Shown here: positions 24,681 to 36,199 of the stretch, piece after piece | How the letters are laid out: the number at the start of each line of letters is the position of its first letter | How positions within the stretch are numbered: the stretch's first letter is position 1 | NCBI GenBank assembly: GCA_013239625.1 | Contig: MU053376.1 | Location: 830,833-894,832, forward strand | Reading direction: 5' to 3' | Source: Lama guanicoe | Lineage: Eukaryota | DNA: 64,000 nucleotides | Notes under the pieces: generated by a model | The model's database searches: none | What the model was told of the DNA's origin: nothing | Seen by the model: the letters and a program-made list of their open reading frames with translations, nothing else | Position numbers and translations under genes: made by a program

Positions 24681-26881
24681 AAGGGCAGCCCCGATTGGTA
24701 CCTCTGCTTTCAGGATGTTCTTCCCCATATTTTTGAACTTTGGCTCATTTCCCAGGAGCTTCTCCTCCTCTGGGAGGGCCCTGCAGTTGTGAGCCCACAG
24801 CCGACGAGTGAGGTGTTGCCGTAACCTTTTTATAGTCACAGCTGCAGCGGGGCAGGGCAGCCACGGCGCGTCTCGTGTTCGTCCCCCACTTCCCATGCTT
24901 AATGCTTTGCTGGTCACGGGTGCTTGTGGGCTGCACGCTACGGTGTGAATTAAGTGTCCGCAGCGTCACACGTTGGTTTCTGCAGGTTTTGTTCCCAGGT
25001 GGAAGGAGTATGCTGACTGAGCTTCCACATAACCCCAAGGTCCCCGGGTCTCAACAGATTCACCAAACTGGCACCAGAGCCTCCTGCCCTGAAATCTTTT
25101 CCTTACGACGCTCTTGACCTTGTGTTGTCTGACCGTTTGGGTGATTCCGTGACGATGGGCGGGAGGAGGCTGCCGCTTTGGTTATCAGGCTTCTGTGGGA
25201 CTGGGAGCCGGATGCTATAAGAGTTGTAGGTAAAGATGGTAACCAATTAACCACATAATGGATTAACCCCTTCCGTAGCCACTGTTGTATATGTGTGTGC
25301 TGGGGGACAGATGAGGACATCTACAGAAAGAGAGAGAACGTGGGGTAAACTGACGCCTTATTTTGTGTTCTCTTCTCGCCTTGCATTCGTTCATCCCACA
25401 GACATCCACTGATCGCTTGCCATGTGCTGTAAATTGTGTCAGCAGCCTCACTACCTCTGCATTTGTCTCCTCCTTCTCTTCCCCTTGACAAAAGGATAAA
25501 ATAGACGCCACCTGTGTGAAATGCACTCCCCGGAGTGCCGATGGAGAGCTCCCCTAGGACAGGATCCCCACTGCTCCAGCCAGACTCCGGCTAGCGTAGC
25601 AAGCCCAGCGATGTCACAAAGACAGATATCCCCCTGCCACTCTGTCCTCATTGTTGTCAGCACCCAGTGACGACACCTGCCCTCCGCCCAGAAGAGTGCC
25701 TTGTTCTCGCTCCAGGCGTGTCTGAGGGCTCCCAGTTCCTGGAGCTCTGCCTCCCCCCCTCCCCCCTTTCCAGCTGAGTCAGAGACCCATTAAACCCATG
25801 AATAGGCCCAGCTTATATTTATATTTTCAACTTTTCTTGTTTACAATCATACGCCTCTTGAGCAGGGGGTGACTCCTGCAGTTTCCCTTTGGCTTTGGGG
25901 TTCCTCATTGCAAAATCCTTGTCCTTCTCTGTTCCGTGGAGCTGTGCAGAGAGCTCTGAGGGAGAGGTGAGGCTCAGGTAAGGTGGGGTCCAGTGCGCTG
26001 TGGTGTTCCCAGGCTCGCATGACCCCTTCCACAGGGAAACAGCCCGCCTGACAGTGTCAGTCTCTGTGCGCCATCTGGCCTTCAAAACCTGCGCACACAT
26101 GTCACTGATTCGAGCCCCCGCGGCTGCTCCAGCCTCGTTGAATTGTAGATCGCCTCCTCCATCTTGGCTGCCACTTGCCTCTCACCCCTCCCCCAGTCTC
26201 TCACATCCAATTAACACCCTCCTCCCCAGCCCCCTTCCAAAGTCATTAGTGAAGAAGCAGAATGGTCTTGGCCCCAAAGTGATTTCCTGTCATCCCTGTT
26301 TATTAATTCTCTCCATGTCTTTGCTAAACCATTAATAATACTCCCTGTATCTCTGATTGTTCATCTGAGTCTTTGTGGCTTCATCCCAGCTCCTTGTCTC
26401 CAGGGTCCCAAAGAGCAGGTTATCCGTCCTGTGACCCCAGTATGGGGGCCGTCTCTTTCTTCCACTGCTGCTGAGATGGCTTCCCCTGGGCTACCGTGCT
26501 GGCCTCTGGATCCTAACACAAGATGCTCAGGGAGTAAGCCACGCACTGCTCAGGCAACCCCTCCCCCATTCCAGGGGCAGAGAGGCTTAGTGAACCCTGA
26601 AGGAAGCCGGGCTCCTCTCGGCATATCCTTTCAGAACTTAGAGCCGCTCACACACCTGTGCCAGTGGGGCCAAGGAGCCCCGCGCTTCCTAACACATCTC
26701 TCTTAATGATGCCCCAGCCCTTGGGGTGGTTTCAGCTGGGAGGTCTGGGGCTTGGCGCCCCTCAGGGTACGGGGGTAAGCAGGAGGCAGGATGACATTTC
26801 TCTCTAGCTGGACAGCTTTGGCCTAGCCAGGTCAGCCCTGCGGGCAATGGGCTCACAAGAACTTGTTCTATCCGATTTCAG

Positions 26882-26993
26882 CCCGAGGAGTTGCAGAAAG
26901 AACCCCCAGCTTCATGTATCCCCAGGGCACTGCAAGCAGTCAGATGGTGCTGCGTGGCATGGACCTCCTGCTGGAGTGCATCGCCTCCGGGGT
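26882..26993 (+). CDS. NFASC: Ig3 first half
   Basis: atttcag|...|gtacgt; [36 protein letters not shown], 112 nt. Confidence 0.96.
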
Positions 26994-27410
26994 GTACGTA
27001 CGGTCTGCACCCCCACTTCTGGCCATCCTCCAGGAGGATGGGGTGGGGGTTGTGCATGATCTGTTCTCATTGCATTTTGGTGGTGGGGGGTGGTGCAAAA
27101 AGAGAAGCAGACAGCTCCTAGCGAGGACTCTGCAAATCGTAGTCATCACCATCCCATTCTGGCTGCCTTCCTTTTTTAGAGAATGAGGAAAGGAGACGGC
27201 TAGGCTTCCCCTACCAGACCCTCCTGTGATTTCAGATAAGTCCCTCGGGCACCCTGTGGCCGAGCATCCCCTCTGCATAGGAAGGATCAGCTCCCAGAGG
27301 ACATGCGTCCTCCGGGGACTTTAAAGACACCTGGGTGTCCCAGGCTCTGTACAAAAATAGCAGAGCCACATTTAGTGATAAGTCCCTGTTTCTCACTCGG
27401 TCCCTCTTAG

Positions 27411-27595
27411 CCCAACACCAGACATCGCGTGGTACAAGAAGGGGGGAGACCTCCCATCTGACAAGGCCAAGTTTGAGAACTTTAACAAGGCTCTGCGGAT
27501 CACCAACGTGTCCGAGGAAGACTCTGGGGAATATTTCTGCCTGGCCTCCAACAAGATGGGCAGCATCCGGCACACGATCTCGGTGAGAGTAAAGG
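27411..27595 (+). CDS. NFASC: Ig3 second half
   Basis: ctcttag|...|gtacgt; [15 protein letters not shown]...[22 protein letters not shown], 185 nt. Confidence 0.97.
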
Positions 27596-28494
27596 GTACG
27601 TTGTGTGTATTTCTCATTATGAGGACTTTGCCGGCCCTACACTCCGTGACCACCCTTCCCTCTACGGGTGGCCAGGGCAGGATGAGTGGGAGAATCGCCC
27701 AAAACACTGATTAGTGGCGATCGTGACCTGCAGGAATGGTGTCACCCCCTGGATGTGAATGTCTATGTGCATGTGTGTGTGAGAGAGAGATAGGTGGGTA
27801 TTAAGGGAGGGAGATCCTCCCTGGCCATTGCCCGACAACTCTTTGTCCCTGGGGTTCCTTCAGCAGGTGCACCTTCTCCCGTGACCCATTTGAATCACCC
27901 AGAGCCTTTCCTGTCTTTCGTTTTGCATTCCAGGTCATGGTGTGTTGTCTTAGCCCTGTGCTGTCTGTGTACTTGTGCACGGTTCTTTTTCAAAATGAAG
28001 AGTCGTCATGGCCCAAATTATTTTTTTTAAGTCACTTCCCTCCCCCCAAAGCAGAGATGGCCCACCTGAACTACGGGAGGCAAGAGAGCACGTGGCTTTG
28101 CGGGTCCCAGCCATGGGTGGCGCTTCTCAGCCGGAATGGTGGGGCTGAACGGAGGATGGGGATGATGCTGTCTGATGCCACAGTGCAAGAACTTTCTTAG
28201 CACATGTTCAGTTGACCTGTGACCGTGATTTCAGCACCACATTCAAACCAGGAGTTCTTAACCTTTCTTGAAGTTGCAAGATCTTTGGAATCTGATCCAA
28301 AGGACCCTCCTCTCGGAAAAATACGCAGCCACATACTCAGAAAAATTTCCAAACAGTTGGAATGGGTGGCCAGCTAAGAGCTTCTGCTCTAACCAAAGCT
28401 CAGTGCCTAAAAGAATGAATAGCAGGCCTTTCCTAAATGATCTGGTCTAGCAGCAGCAGTGACAGAAATCTGGATGGGACAGCTCCTCCCTTCT

Positions 28495-28680
28495 TTAGCA
28501 CCCTCCCTGACCTGAGCCCTTGGGTGCACATCATGAATGCCTGGGGAGCTCTAAAAGCATTGGCTGCCCGGCTTCCCCAAGGATTCTGATGTAGGAGGTC
28601 GAAGATGGGCCCTGGCATCCATGTTTGTGAAAAGCTCTTTAGGAGGCTCCAATGAGCAGCCCCAGTTTAGAACTGTTGTT
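28495..28680. mobile_element. MER5A-like DNA transposon
   Basis: cctggggagctctaaaa...ggattctgat...gggccctggcatc...aatgagcagccccagtttagaac. Confidence 0.6.
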
Positions 28681-28893
28681 CTGTGAACTCAAAATAAACC
28701 AGTCAGCATGTGTGGCCCCAAGTCGTCGAAAGGCAAGCTGGATCATCATCCTATTAGGATGAGCCCTGGGCAGGTGGCCAGGGCCGGGAGCTGACACTCA
28801 GGGGCTCCTGCCTTCCTAGAGGGAGCCCATTTGATTTCTTCTGCCTGCCCGTGTCACCTGACACCCCTGCCTATGCCTGTCCTTGTCTTCCAG

Positions 28894-29025
28894 CTGCTCC
28901 CTACTGGCTGGACGAACCCAAGAACCTTATCCTGGCTCCTGGCGAGGACGGGAGACTGGTGTGTCGAGCCAATGGGAACCCCAAGCCCACCGTCCAGTGG
29001 ATGGTGAATGGAGAACCTTTGCAAT
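28894..29025 (+). CDS. NFASC: Ig4 first half
   Basis: cttccag|...|gtgagt; [44 protein letters not shown], 132 nt. Confidence 0.97.
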
Positions 29026-29754
29026 GTGAGTAACGTACCACTGTCCCACCTGCCCCTGCTCTGTCTCCTGTTGGAGGATCCAGATCCCCAGCCCTGTGGA
29101 CCAGCCCTGTTGCACCAGAAGTGAGGGAGCAGTCCATCTCTTTGGACGTCTCAAGAGGGAGAAAACCTGCCTCATTTGTGTGGGAGAGAACAGGAGGCCT
29201 GCGGTTCTGTTCCCATGTTTAGGGGATTTCTGCTCCCTTGGAGTTTTCAATCAATTTCTGCATTCTGCCCTTAACTGCAGAGCCCAGTTCAAGGGCTGGG
29301 GACCTCGGCAGCATCCAGAGAGTATGCATGGGCTCTGAGTGATGGCTGGGACTCAGGAGACAGAGCAGAGCTTGGTAACTCATTGCCATTGTTTGCCCAA
29401 GTCCCTCTCACTGCTGAGGGCAAAATAAGAGGCAGGGTTATGCAACAATATGAAAGGTGTGGTCGCATACGAGGGGAAGCTTCCCTGTGAGCGCAGAGAT
29501 GCACGCTGCAGTTTCATTCCACCCGGAAGGCTGGAGTGTGTGCCTCCAGGGCCCCTTCGAGCCAGAGGTCTTGGTCAAGTTTTCACATCATATTCACTCC
29601 AGTTGCATTTACATTTTAAATGTCATGTCCTTTCTCTAAGGGATCAGAGGAAATGCGAACAGTGTTATCCACCAGAGGGGGCAAAAAATAGATGGTGAGA
29701 ACTCAGAGCAACAGCTGACAGAAGCAGGTGGAGAGGCAGGGACACAGGTGGAGG

Positions 29755-29920
29755 AGGTGAGCACGCACCTCTCTAGACATCTGTTGTGTGCCAGGCACTG
29801 CACCTCCCTCTTACCTCTTTAATCTCAAACATTAAAGATGAGGAAGTGAGGTTCCGATGGGTGCAGGGAACTGCCCAAGGTCACATGGCTGGTAAGCGGT
29901 GAAACTGGGGACCGCTGTGA
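29755..29920 (-). mobile_element. MIR SINE
   Basis: gtgccaggcactg...agatgaggaagtgagg...actgcccaaggtcacatggctggtaag. Confidence 0.65.
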
Positions 29921-30989
29921 CAGCGCAACACGCCTGCACCGTCTAGCACTGCGCATCTGGTTGCCCCAAGAAGCATCCTTCCCCTGGATATGAGCAGCAT
30001 GTGCATGTAGCCCCCCTCTGCCCTTCTCCCTGTTTGGTAGCCGTTTGGAGACAAGGCAAACAAAGGTGCTAAACATCACAAGCAGCACTGAATAAATGCA
30101 GAGTCCAGGATTTGCAGCTGAGCCGTGGTCCTGGGAAGGTCCCCCATCACTCAAGGGAGTGGCCCGGAGGAAAGCCGGTCTGTGAGAATTGCCGGGCAAG
30201 GAGGCATCAGGTTGTTGGCATCGGCTTTATTTGTGCCTTTTTGCTGAGTGGGGACTCAGGAAGGAGGATAAGGATGCTGACCTCGGCTTTGTTCGCCTCC
30301 TGCTGACGCCCCAGTTCCGGCTCAGACTTGCTGTCTGTTGGATGGCGCCCGCGAGGCCAGACTCTGTGTCCTCCTCTGCCGACTCCTGGGGTAGGTGTGA
30401 GCCAGCCTGGATGAGTTCACGGATCACGCAAGCCAAGTCATCTGGCCCAGTCCAGAAATGATACAGAGGAAAGGCACCTCCTGGAGGTGAAAGACGAGAG
30501 AAGTGGTGATTCTGTACAATTTTAGAAAACTTTTATCTGCACAGTTCATTATCCCGTCATCACTCTCTTATCTTAACTTTCCTCAGAGTAGGGGAAGGAT
30601 GGCAGTAATGCTTCCCCATTTGACAGCTGAAGGAAATGAGGCACAGAATGAGTTATATGATTTGCCCCAGGTCTTAGAGTGATACGGGGACAGTGTGAGA
30701 GCCCACGGCCACGCCCCGGCCCCTGCTCTCTGCTCCCTGCGAATGGGACCAGGAGGCCTGGAGGAGGGAGTGGTCTCTCAGTGTGAGCACACGTCTTGGG
30801 AAGATCAGGGAGCTTTGGCAAATACAGGGACTTCTCTGGCTCCCAGCAGGCATCAGCCTTCGCGTTTAACCTTGTGAGTGTCTGCCAGGTACTCTGCTCA
30901 AAGGATGGGAAGGTGGCTGGTCCCGTCTAGTTCTATATTGCTTTATTCTTTTCAGAACACATTTGAGTTTAAATGATAACAATGATGAT

Positions 30990-31140
30990 CAGTATGTGCT
31001 CTGCTCATACATAGACTCTCAGATCATCCTCCTAAAACCCCGCAAGCTGATATGTTATCCCCATTCTGCTGACAAGGAAACTGAAGCATTAGAGCCATTG
31101 AATAGAGCTGGCAGGTAATGTGGTTAGGATTCAAACCTCT
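30990..31140 (-). mobile_element. MIR SINE (interrupted by L1)
   Basis: gttatccccattctgctgacaaggaaactgaagcattagag...ggattcaaac. Confidence 0.6.
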
Positions 31141-31151
31141 CCTACTTCCAT

Positions 31152-31540
31152 GAATTGGGAGTTTGGGATTTGCAGATACAAACTACTATATACAAAACAG
31201 ATAAATGGCAGGGGAAGGTATAGCCCAGTGGTAGAGTGCATGCCTAGCATGCACAAGGTCCTGGGTTCAATCTCCAGTACTTCCATCAAATAAATAAGTA
31301 AATAAGTAAACTTAATTACATCCCCCAAAAAAGATTAAAATAAAATAAAAATAAGCCAATTATAAAATAGATAAACAACAAGGTCCTATCCTATAGCACA
31401 GGGAATTATCGTCAATATCTTATAATAATACCCTATGATGAAAAAGAATATATATGTGTGTTTGTGTGTATAACTGAATCACTATGCTGTACACCAGAAA
31501 CTAACACATTGTAAATTGATTATACGTCAATTAAAAAAAA
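31152..31540 (+). mobile_element. L1 3' end split by a nested SINE
   Basis: aattgggagtttgggatttgcagatacaaactacta...[SINE]...atgctgtacaccagaaactaacacattgtaaa followed by an A8 tail. Confidence 0.88.
31206..31360 (+). mobile_element. tRNA-derived SINE (camelid vic-1-like)
   Basis: ggggaaggtatagcccagtggtagag (A box)...ggttcaatctcc (B box), AT-rich tail; degenerate TSD ta(c/t)aaaa(c/t)agataaa at 31191-31205 and 31361-31375. Confidence 0.85.
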
Positions 31541-31851
31541 TCCATAATATGGGGGGGGGAAAGCCCTCCTGTTTCCAAAGCTCACGATCTCAGCCACATC
31601 TGCCCAACTGCTGTGTAGGTCTGACTGGGACTCCTGTTCACATTGCATGGACTGAAATAAACTCCAGCAGGTTCAATGGTGGAGCCAAGATCACACAGCC
31701 AGGCAGTGGTGGGGCCGGAAGCCAGGTCTGAGAGCCACCCAGTGCTGCTGCCTCCACAGCACCCCAGTCCTAGGAGGCCTGGCCAGGGTCCCAAGTGCCC
31801 TTTGCCCTGCCCTCCCCCGGTTCTCACCAGGAGCATCTTTCCTATCTGTAG

Positions 31852-31995
31852 CGGCACCACCCAACCCAAACCGCGAAGTGGCCGGGGACACCATCATCTT
31901 CCGGGACACCCAGATCAGCAGCAGGGCCGTGTACCAGTGCAATACCTCCAACGAGCACGGCTACCTGCTGGCCAACGCCTTCGTCAGCGTGCTGG
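31852..31995 (+). CDS. NFASC: Ig4 second half
   Basis: tctgtag|...|gtgagt; [48 protein letters not shown], 144 nt. Confidence 0.97.
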
Positions 31996-32651
31996 GTGAG
32001 TGCGCCCCTCCCTCCGCTCGCCCTCGGTGGAGCCTCCCTGGGGCTTGCTCACCTCGTGGGTGCGCTTTCTTCTCCGGAGGTCAGCCAGGCTGGTGGGGTA
32101 GGAGGGCAGCAGGATCGGGGAAGCACCGAGACCCAGGATGAGATTTGCAGGGAGGATGGAGGACTTAAAATCCACTGAGCTGATGTGTGGACCAAGTTGA
32201 TTTCATGCTAAGAAGTCAGTCTTAGCCTCCTTCCTCCCCGGGGGAGAGGATGGACCATCTCATCTCCTTGGTGTGTCCAGGCTGACTCTCCGTGGGTTCT
32301 CCATGGTCTCAGGGTGGGAAACAGTTCTGAGTATGTTCATGGCTCTCCTGGAGCAGGGAGAGGGCAGCGGGCAGGTGCAGCTAGGAGAAGCCTAGGTGGA
32401 GAACCTGCTGGGGGATTTGAGGGAACCCTTTGTAAAAGCTGGACTGGGTGTCGGGTGGATTAAGAGCAGATGGATAAGCTTCCTCCTTCCTCACCTAGTG
32501 CTGAGAGGCTTCTTAAAGGAGAGCGGTTGATAGGGGAAGGTACCCTGGGGCTTGGGAAGCTGCCGTGAGGAGAAGGCACGTAGAGATAAGACTGATGCGC
32601 AGAGAGGAAGGGGAGACTCCCCAGCCAAGACCAGTTCTCTGGGGGTTGCAG

Positions 32652-32763
32652 ACGTGCCGCCTCGGATGCTCTCAGCCCGGAACCAGCTCATCAGGGTGAT
32701 CCTGTACAACCGGACGCGGCTGGACTGCCCGTTCTTTGGGTCTCCCATCCCCACACTCCGATG
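32652..32763 (+). CDS. NFASC: Ig5 first half
   Basis: gttgcag|...|gtaagt; [37 protein letters not shown], 112 nt. Confidence 0.96.
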
Positions 32764-33114
32764 GTAAGTTCCAAGAGACCAGGCTTCCTCCACAGGGTCG
32801 TTTGTCCCACCTTTCTCGCTCCGTCTGGCCCATGATAGGTATTCAGCAAGTCCTGGCAGCCTTAAAAGGTTGAAGCTGGGAGGAAGTAGACAGATCATCT
32901 AGGTCAACCTCTCATTGTGCCAAGAAGGAAACTGAGGCTCAGAGACTTGCCAGGGCCACTCAGTGGTTGGAGGCAGACCCACAAGGCTCAGGGCTCCGGG
33001 TTCCTAGCGCCGGGCTCCTACCCATCCCTGCCTGGGCTCTCGAGTGGCTGCCGCCCCCACTCCCCGGGCTGGCCCGTTCTCAGTATGCTGTGTGTTCTGC
33101 TGCTCTGTTGTGAG

Positions 33115-33281
33115 GTTTAAGAATGGGCAAGGAAGCAACCTGGATGGTGGCAACTACCACGTCTACGAGAATGGCAGTCTGGAAATCAAGATGATCCGCA
33201 AAGAGGACCAAGGCATCTACACCTGTGTTGCCACCAACATCCTGGGCAAAGCTGAGAACCAGGTCCGCCTGGAGGTCAAAG
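33115..33281 (+). CDS. NFASC: Ig5 second half
   Basis: gttgtgag|...|gtaaag; [15 protein letters not shown]...[21 protein letters not shown], 167 nt. Confidence 0.95.
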
Positions 33282-33772
33282 GTAAAGGAGAGGGTTGCTA
33301 GGCAGAGGGCGGGGCGGGGAGGCGAGGAGGCCATATCCCCAAAGTTATCCCACGTGTTACTCACTTTGAAATGTCACACCTAATTCTTAATCCCCAGTAG
33401 GACCTCCCTCCAGATCTGTGTGTCCTCCCCGTGGAAGTCCCGCGGCCAGGACCTCCCTCTGGCCTGGCGCTGGGAACACTGAGTCATTATCTGCCTGGCC
33501 CATATAGAATTAGTCAGGGACGCCTGCTTCCCACACCAGCGCCCCACTACCACCCCAGAAGCTGCGCCACATGTTCCCGAGCTGAATAGAAAGGATGTGG
33601 GGATTGTCTACCATTTGGGATCACCTCCCCTACCATTCATGTAACCGAATCCTATTTCTGCCACCTTCCGTGGTCCCGCTAACTTGGCGGTCATGCGTGT
33701 CACACTGTGTGACCACACGGGGGTGGTGGCAGAGACTGTGTCGGTGGTGAGCTCCCGGGGGCTTCTCCGCAG

Positions 33773-33920
33773 ACCCCACCAGGATCTACCGGATGCCTGA
33801 GGACCAGGTCGCCAAAAGGGGCACCACGGTGCAGCTGGAGTGTCGCGTGAAGCACGACCCCTCGCTGAAGCTCACGGTCTCCTGGCTGAAGGATGACGAG
33901 CCGCTGTACATTGGAAACAG
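33773..33920 (+). CDS. NFASC: Ig6 first half
   Basis: ctccgcag|...|gtctct; [49 protein letters not shown], 148 nt. Confidence 0.95.
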
Positions 33921-35157
33921 GTCTCTGCTCCTCCCTTCTCCCTGCCTGCTGCTCGTCTGGGGCGTTTTCTTGTTCCCTGCTCTTGGTGATGCACTGAAGA
34001 ATCCAGGGAATCCGTGTCTTGTGCGTCACTGCAGAATGCTGAGGAGGGCGTGACAGCCTCAGTGACTCCCCCATCTCAGAGGAGACCCGCACCTGCACCC
34101 CTGCACCCCACTCTCCCATCAGCGCTCTGCTTCTCTCTCCTTTTCCTCTCTCCTCCTTCTCCTTTCTACCGACTCCTTTCTCTCTTTCCTTTTCTCCTTC
34201 TCTCCCCTCACTCCTCCTCTTTTCCTCCTCCTTTTGTTTCTGTCACAGCCAGGACCCCCCTCCCCGTCCCCTCGCCCTGCCTGCAGTGCCCCTGTTCCCC
34301 AGCAGAGGGCAGGGTTTGCCCGAGCGGACTCTAACCGTTGTGGTTTGTGTGGTTCTCAGCCCTTACTGCATCTGGAACGATTTATTAGGCACACGCTGCC
34401 CCCTCCCTCATCCCAGATACAGATTTAATTGGAGTTGGGGGAGAGCCCAGGCAGAGATAGTGTTTAAAAGTCGCCCCCCTCTGTTGTTTGTGATGTGCAG
34501 CCAGGGTTGAGAACAGCTGGTCCGAGCCTCCCTCACAGGCTCTTGGCTGTACCCTCTTCCATCTCCGGGACGGGTGGGGCGTGGCTACCAGCTGTTTCCA
34601 GCGATCATCTGGTTTTTTGCAGAGTGTACCCTGTGGGCAGGCACAGGCATTCTGACACTCAGCGATGCTCACAGTCCAGCCTACTCTTGGGCACCTTCCT
34701 GTTTCTGTGCGAGACAGTTCAGAGGAACCCAGGGCACTTGGCCAGAGCATGGGCACCAATCTGGGCTGAAGACAGAGCTGGAAGTACAAAATGATCTGCC
34801 TTTTGCGGGGTGGGCCTAACTGCGCCGTCATTCAGGAGGGGAACACAGCACAGGAAAGGCCCAGAGAACAGAACCAGAGTGGGACTCGAGGACAGCGAAG
34901 GCGGGTCAGGGCCTCCATCAGGCACTGTATGTGCTCAGGTTGACGTGAAGACCCTTGCCTCTCGTGAAGCATTGAGATGGAGCCTGGTGTCCCCTAGGAG
35001 AGGCTGTGGCCACCCAGACTCTGATGCTGCCTTCTCCTTCCTGACTCACCATCACCCCTCCAGGGAGAAAGCAGATGGGCAATGCCTGACACCCCCATCT
35101 CCCTCCTTCACTGCCCCCTACTTGCCCTCTTCCCTACCCCTCCCGGGTCCTTTGCAG

Positions 35158-35282
35158 GATGAAGAAGGAGGAGGACTCCCTGACCATCTTTGGTGTGGCA
35201 GAGCGCGACCAGGGCAGTTACACGTGTGTCGCCAGCACCGAGCTGGACCAAGACCTGGCCAAGGCCTACCTCACCGTGCTAG
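35158..35282 (+). CDS. NFASC: Ig6 second half
   Basis: ctttgcag|...|gtaact; [42 protein letters not shown], 125 nt. Confidence 0.96.
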
Positions 35283-35598
35283 GTAACTGCCGCTGCCCAT
35301 CCTGGCGCTGACCTCCCCCCCCTCCCCCCGAGGCCAGAGAAGCGGTGGATGGTTCCCAGGGCGTTGCCTGTGGTCAGCAAGCCAGCTAGGCATGGTGGTC
35401 CTCCCACCTTCTGACCTCAGGGTTAGGCAGCTCCTCCTTTTGGAATGAGCTGGGCTGGATGCCCTGCCTCCTGAATGAGATCGTTAACTCACCCAAATCC
35501 TCAGTGAAGGGGGCCTGAATGAGAGCAGGTAATGGACAGGGGTTCTCATTGTGGTCATTTTTTACCAACGTTACAGCTAACTCTAAACCACTAAACCG

Positions 35599-35645
35599 AT
35601 TAAAACGATCCATCCTTCAAACAAGACTGAACTTTGTGTTTGTCC
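35599..35645 (+). terminator. Candidate intronic polyadenylation signal (ATTAAA plus downstream GU/U-rich element)
   Basis: ATTAAA at 35599-35604 and tttgtgtttgtc at about 35633-35644, about 290 nt after an in-frame intronic TGA at 35309-35311. Confidence 0.5.
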
Positions 35646-36154
35646 TTCCGACACCCTCTGCTGGCCTTACTCGCTGCCCACCTTTCTTGGTGGGATTTGA
35701 CGGGGAGCCTTGCACTTAGGCGATCCCGTCTCACCCTGCCCTCGTCTCCAGGCCAGACTGTGAACACTAAGTCCTCCCAGGCCTGGGGAGGCAGCCTCTC
35801 CCAGGCAAGCGAACCTCCTCCTCACCTCTGCGCATTCTCCGGGCGCCCTATCGCTGTTACTGTCAGCGGCTTTCGTCCCTCCCCGGTGGACGGGCACAGT
35901 CACAGGGAGCGGAGGGCCCAGGCACAGAAGTAGCTTTGGGACAGGAAGGAGACAGAGTTTCTACCCCCGGCTGTGGAGGAAACACAGGAGGGCCTTCATC
36001 AGGGGGGTTACTCTCCATGGACGTTGGGGAGGGGGGCGGCGGTGAAGATGTGCAGGGGCAGCCATTCAAGCCGGAGCTGTCTAGCCCCACCCTCCCAGAA
36101 CGCCTTTATCCCCAGATAACCTGCTAACCTGGATAACCCATCTTACCTTTGCAG

Positions 36155-36199
36155 CTGATCAGGCCACTCCAACTAACCGTTTGGCAGCCCTGCCCAAAG
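36155..36199 (+). CDS. NFASC: 45-nt alternative Ig6-FN1 linker exon
   Basis: cctttgcag|...|gtaatt; ADQATPTNRLAALPK, phase 1-1. Confidence 0.93.

Noticed and set aside
31211..31280. tRNA-like sequence (also 37772-37845, minus strand)
   Set aside because: Followed by AT-rich tails and flanked by TSDs, so these are SINE heads rather than tRNA genes
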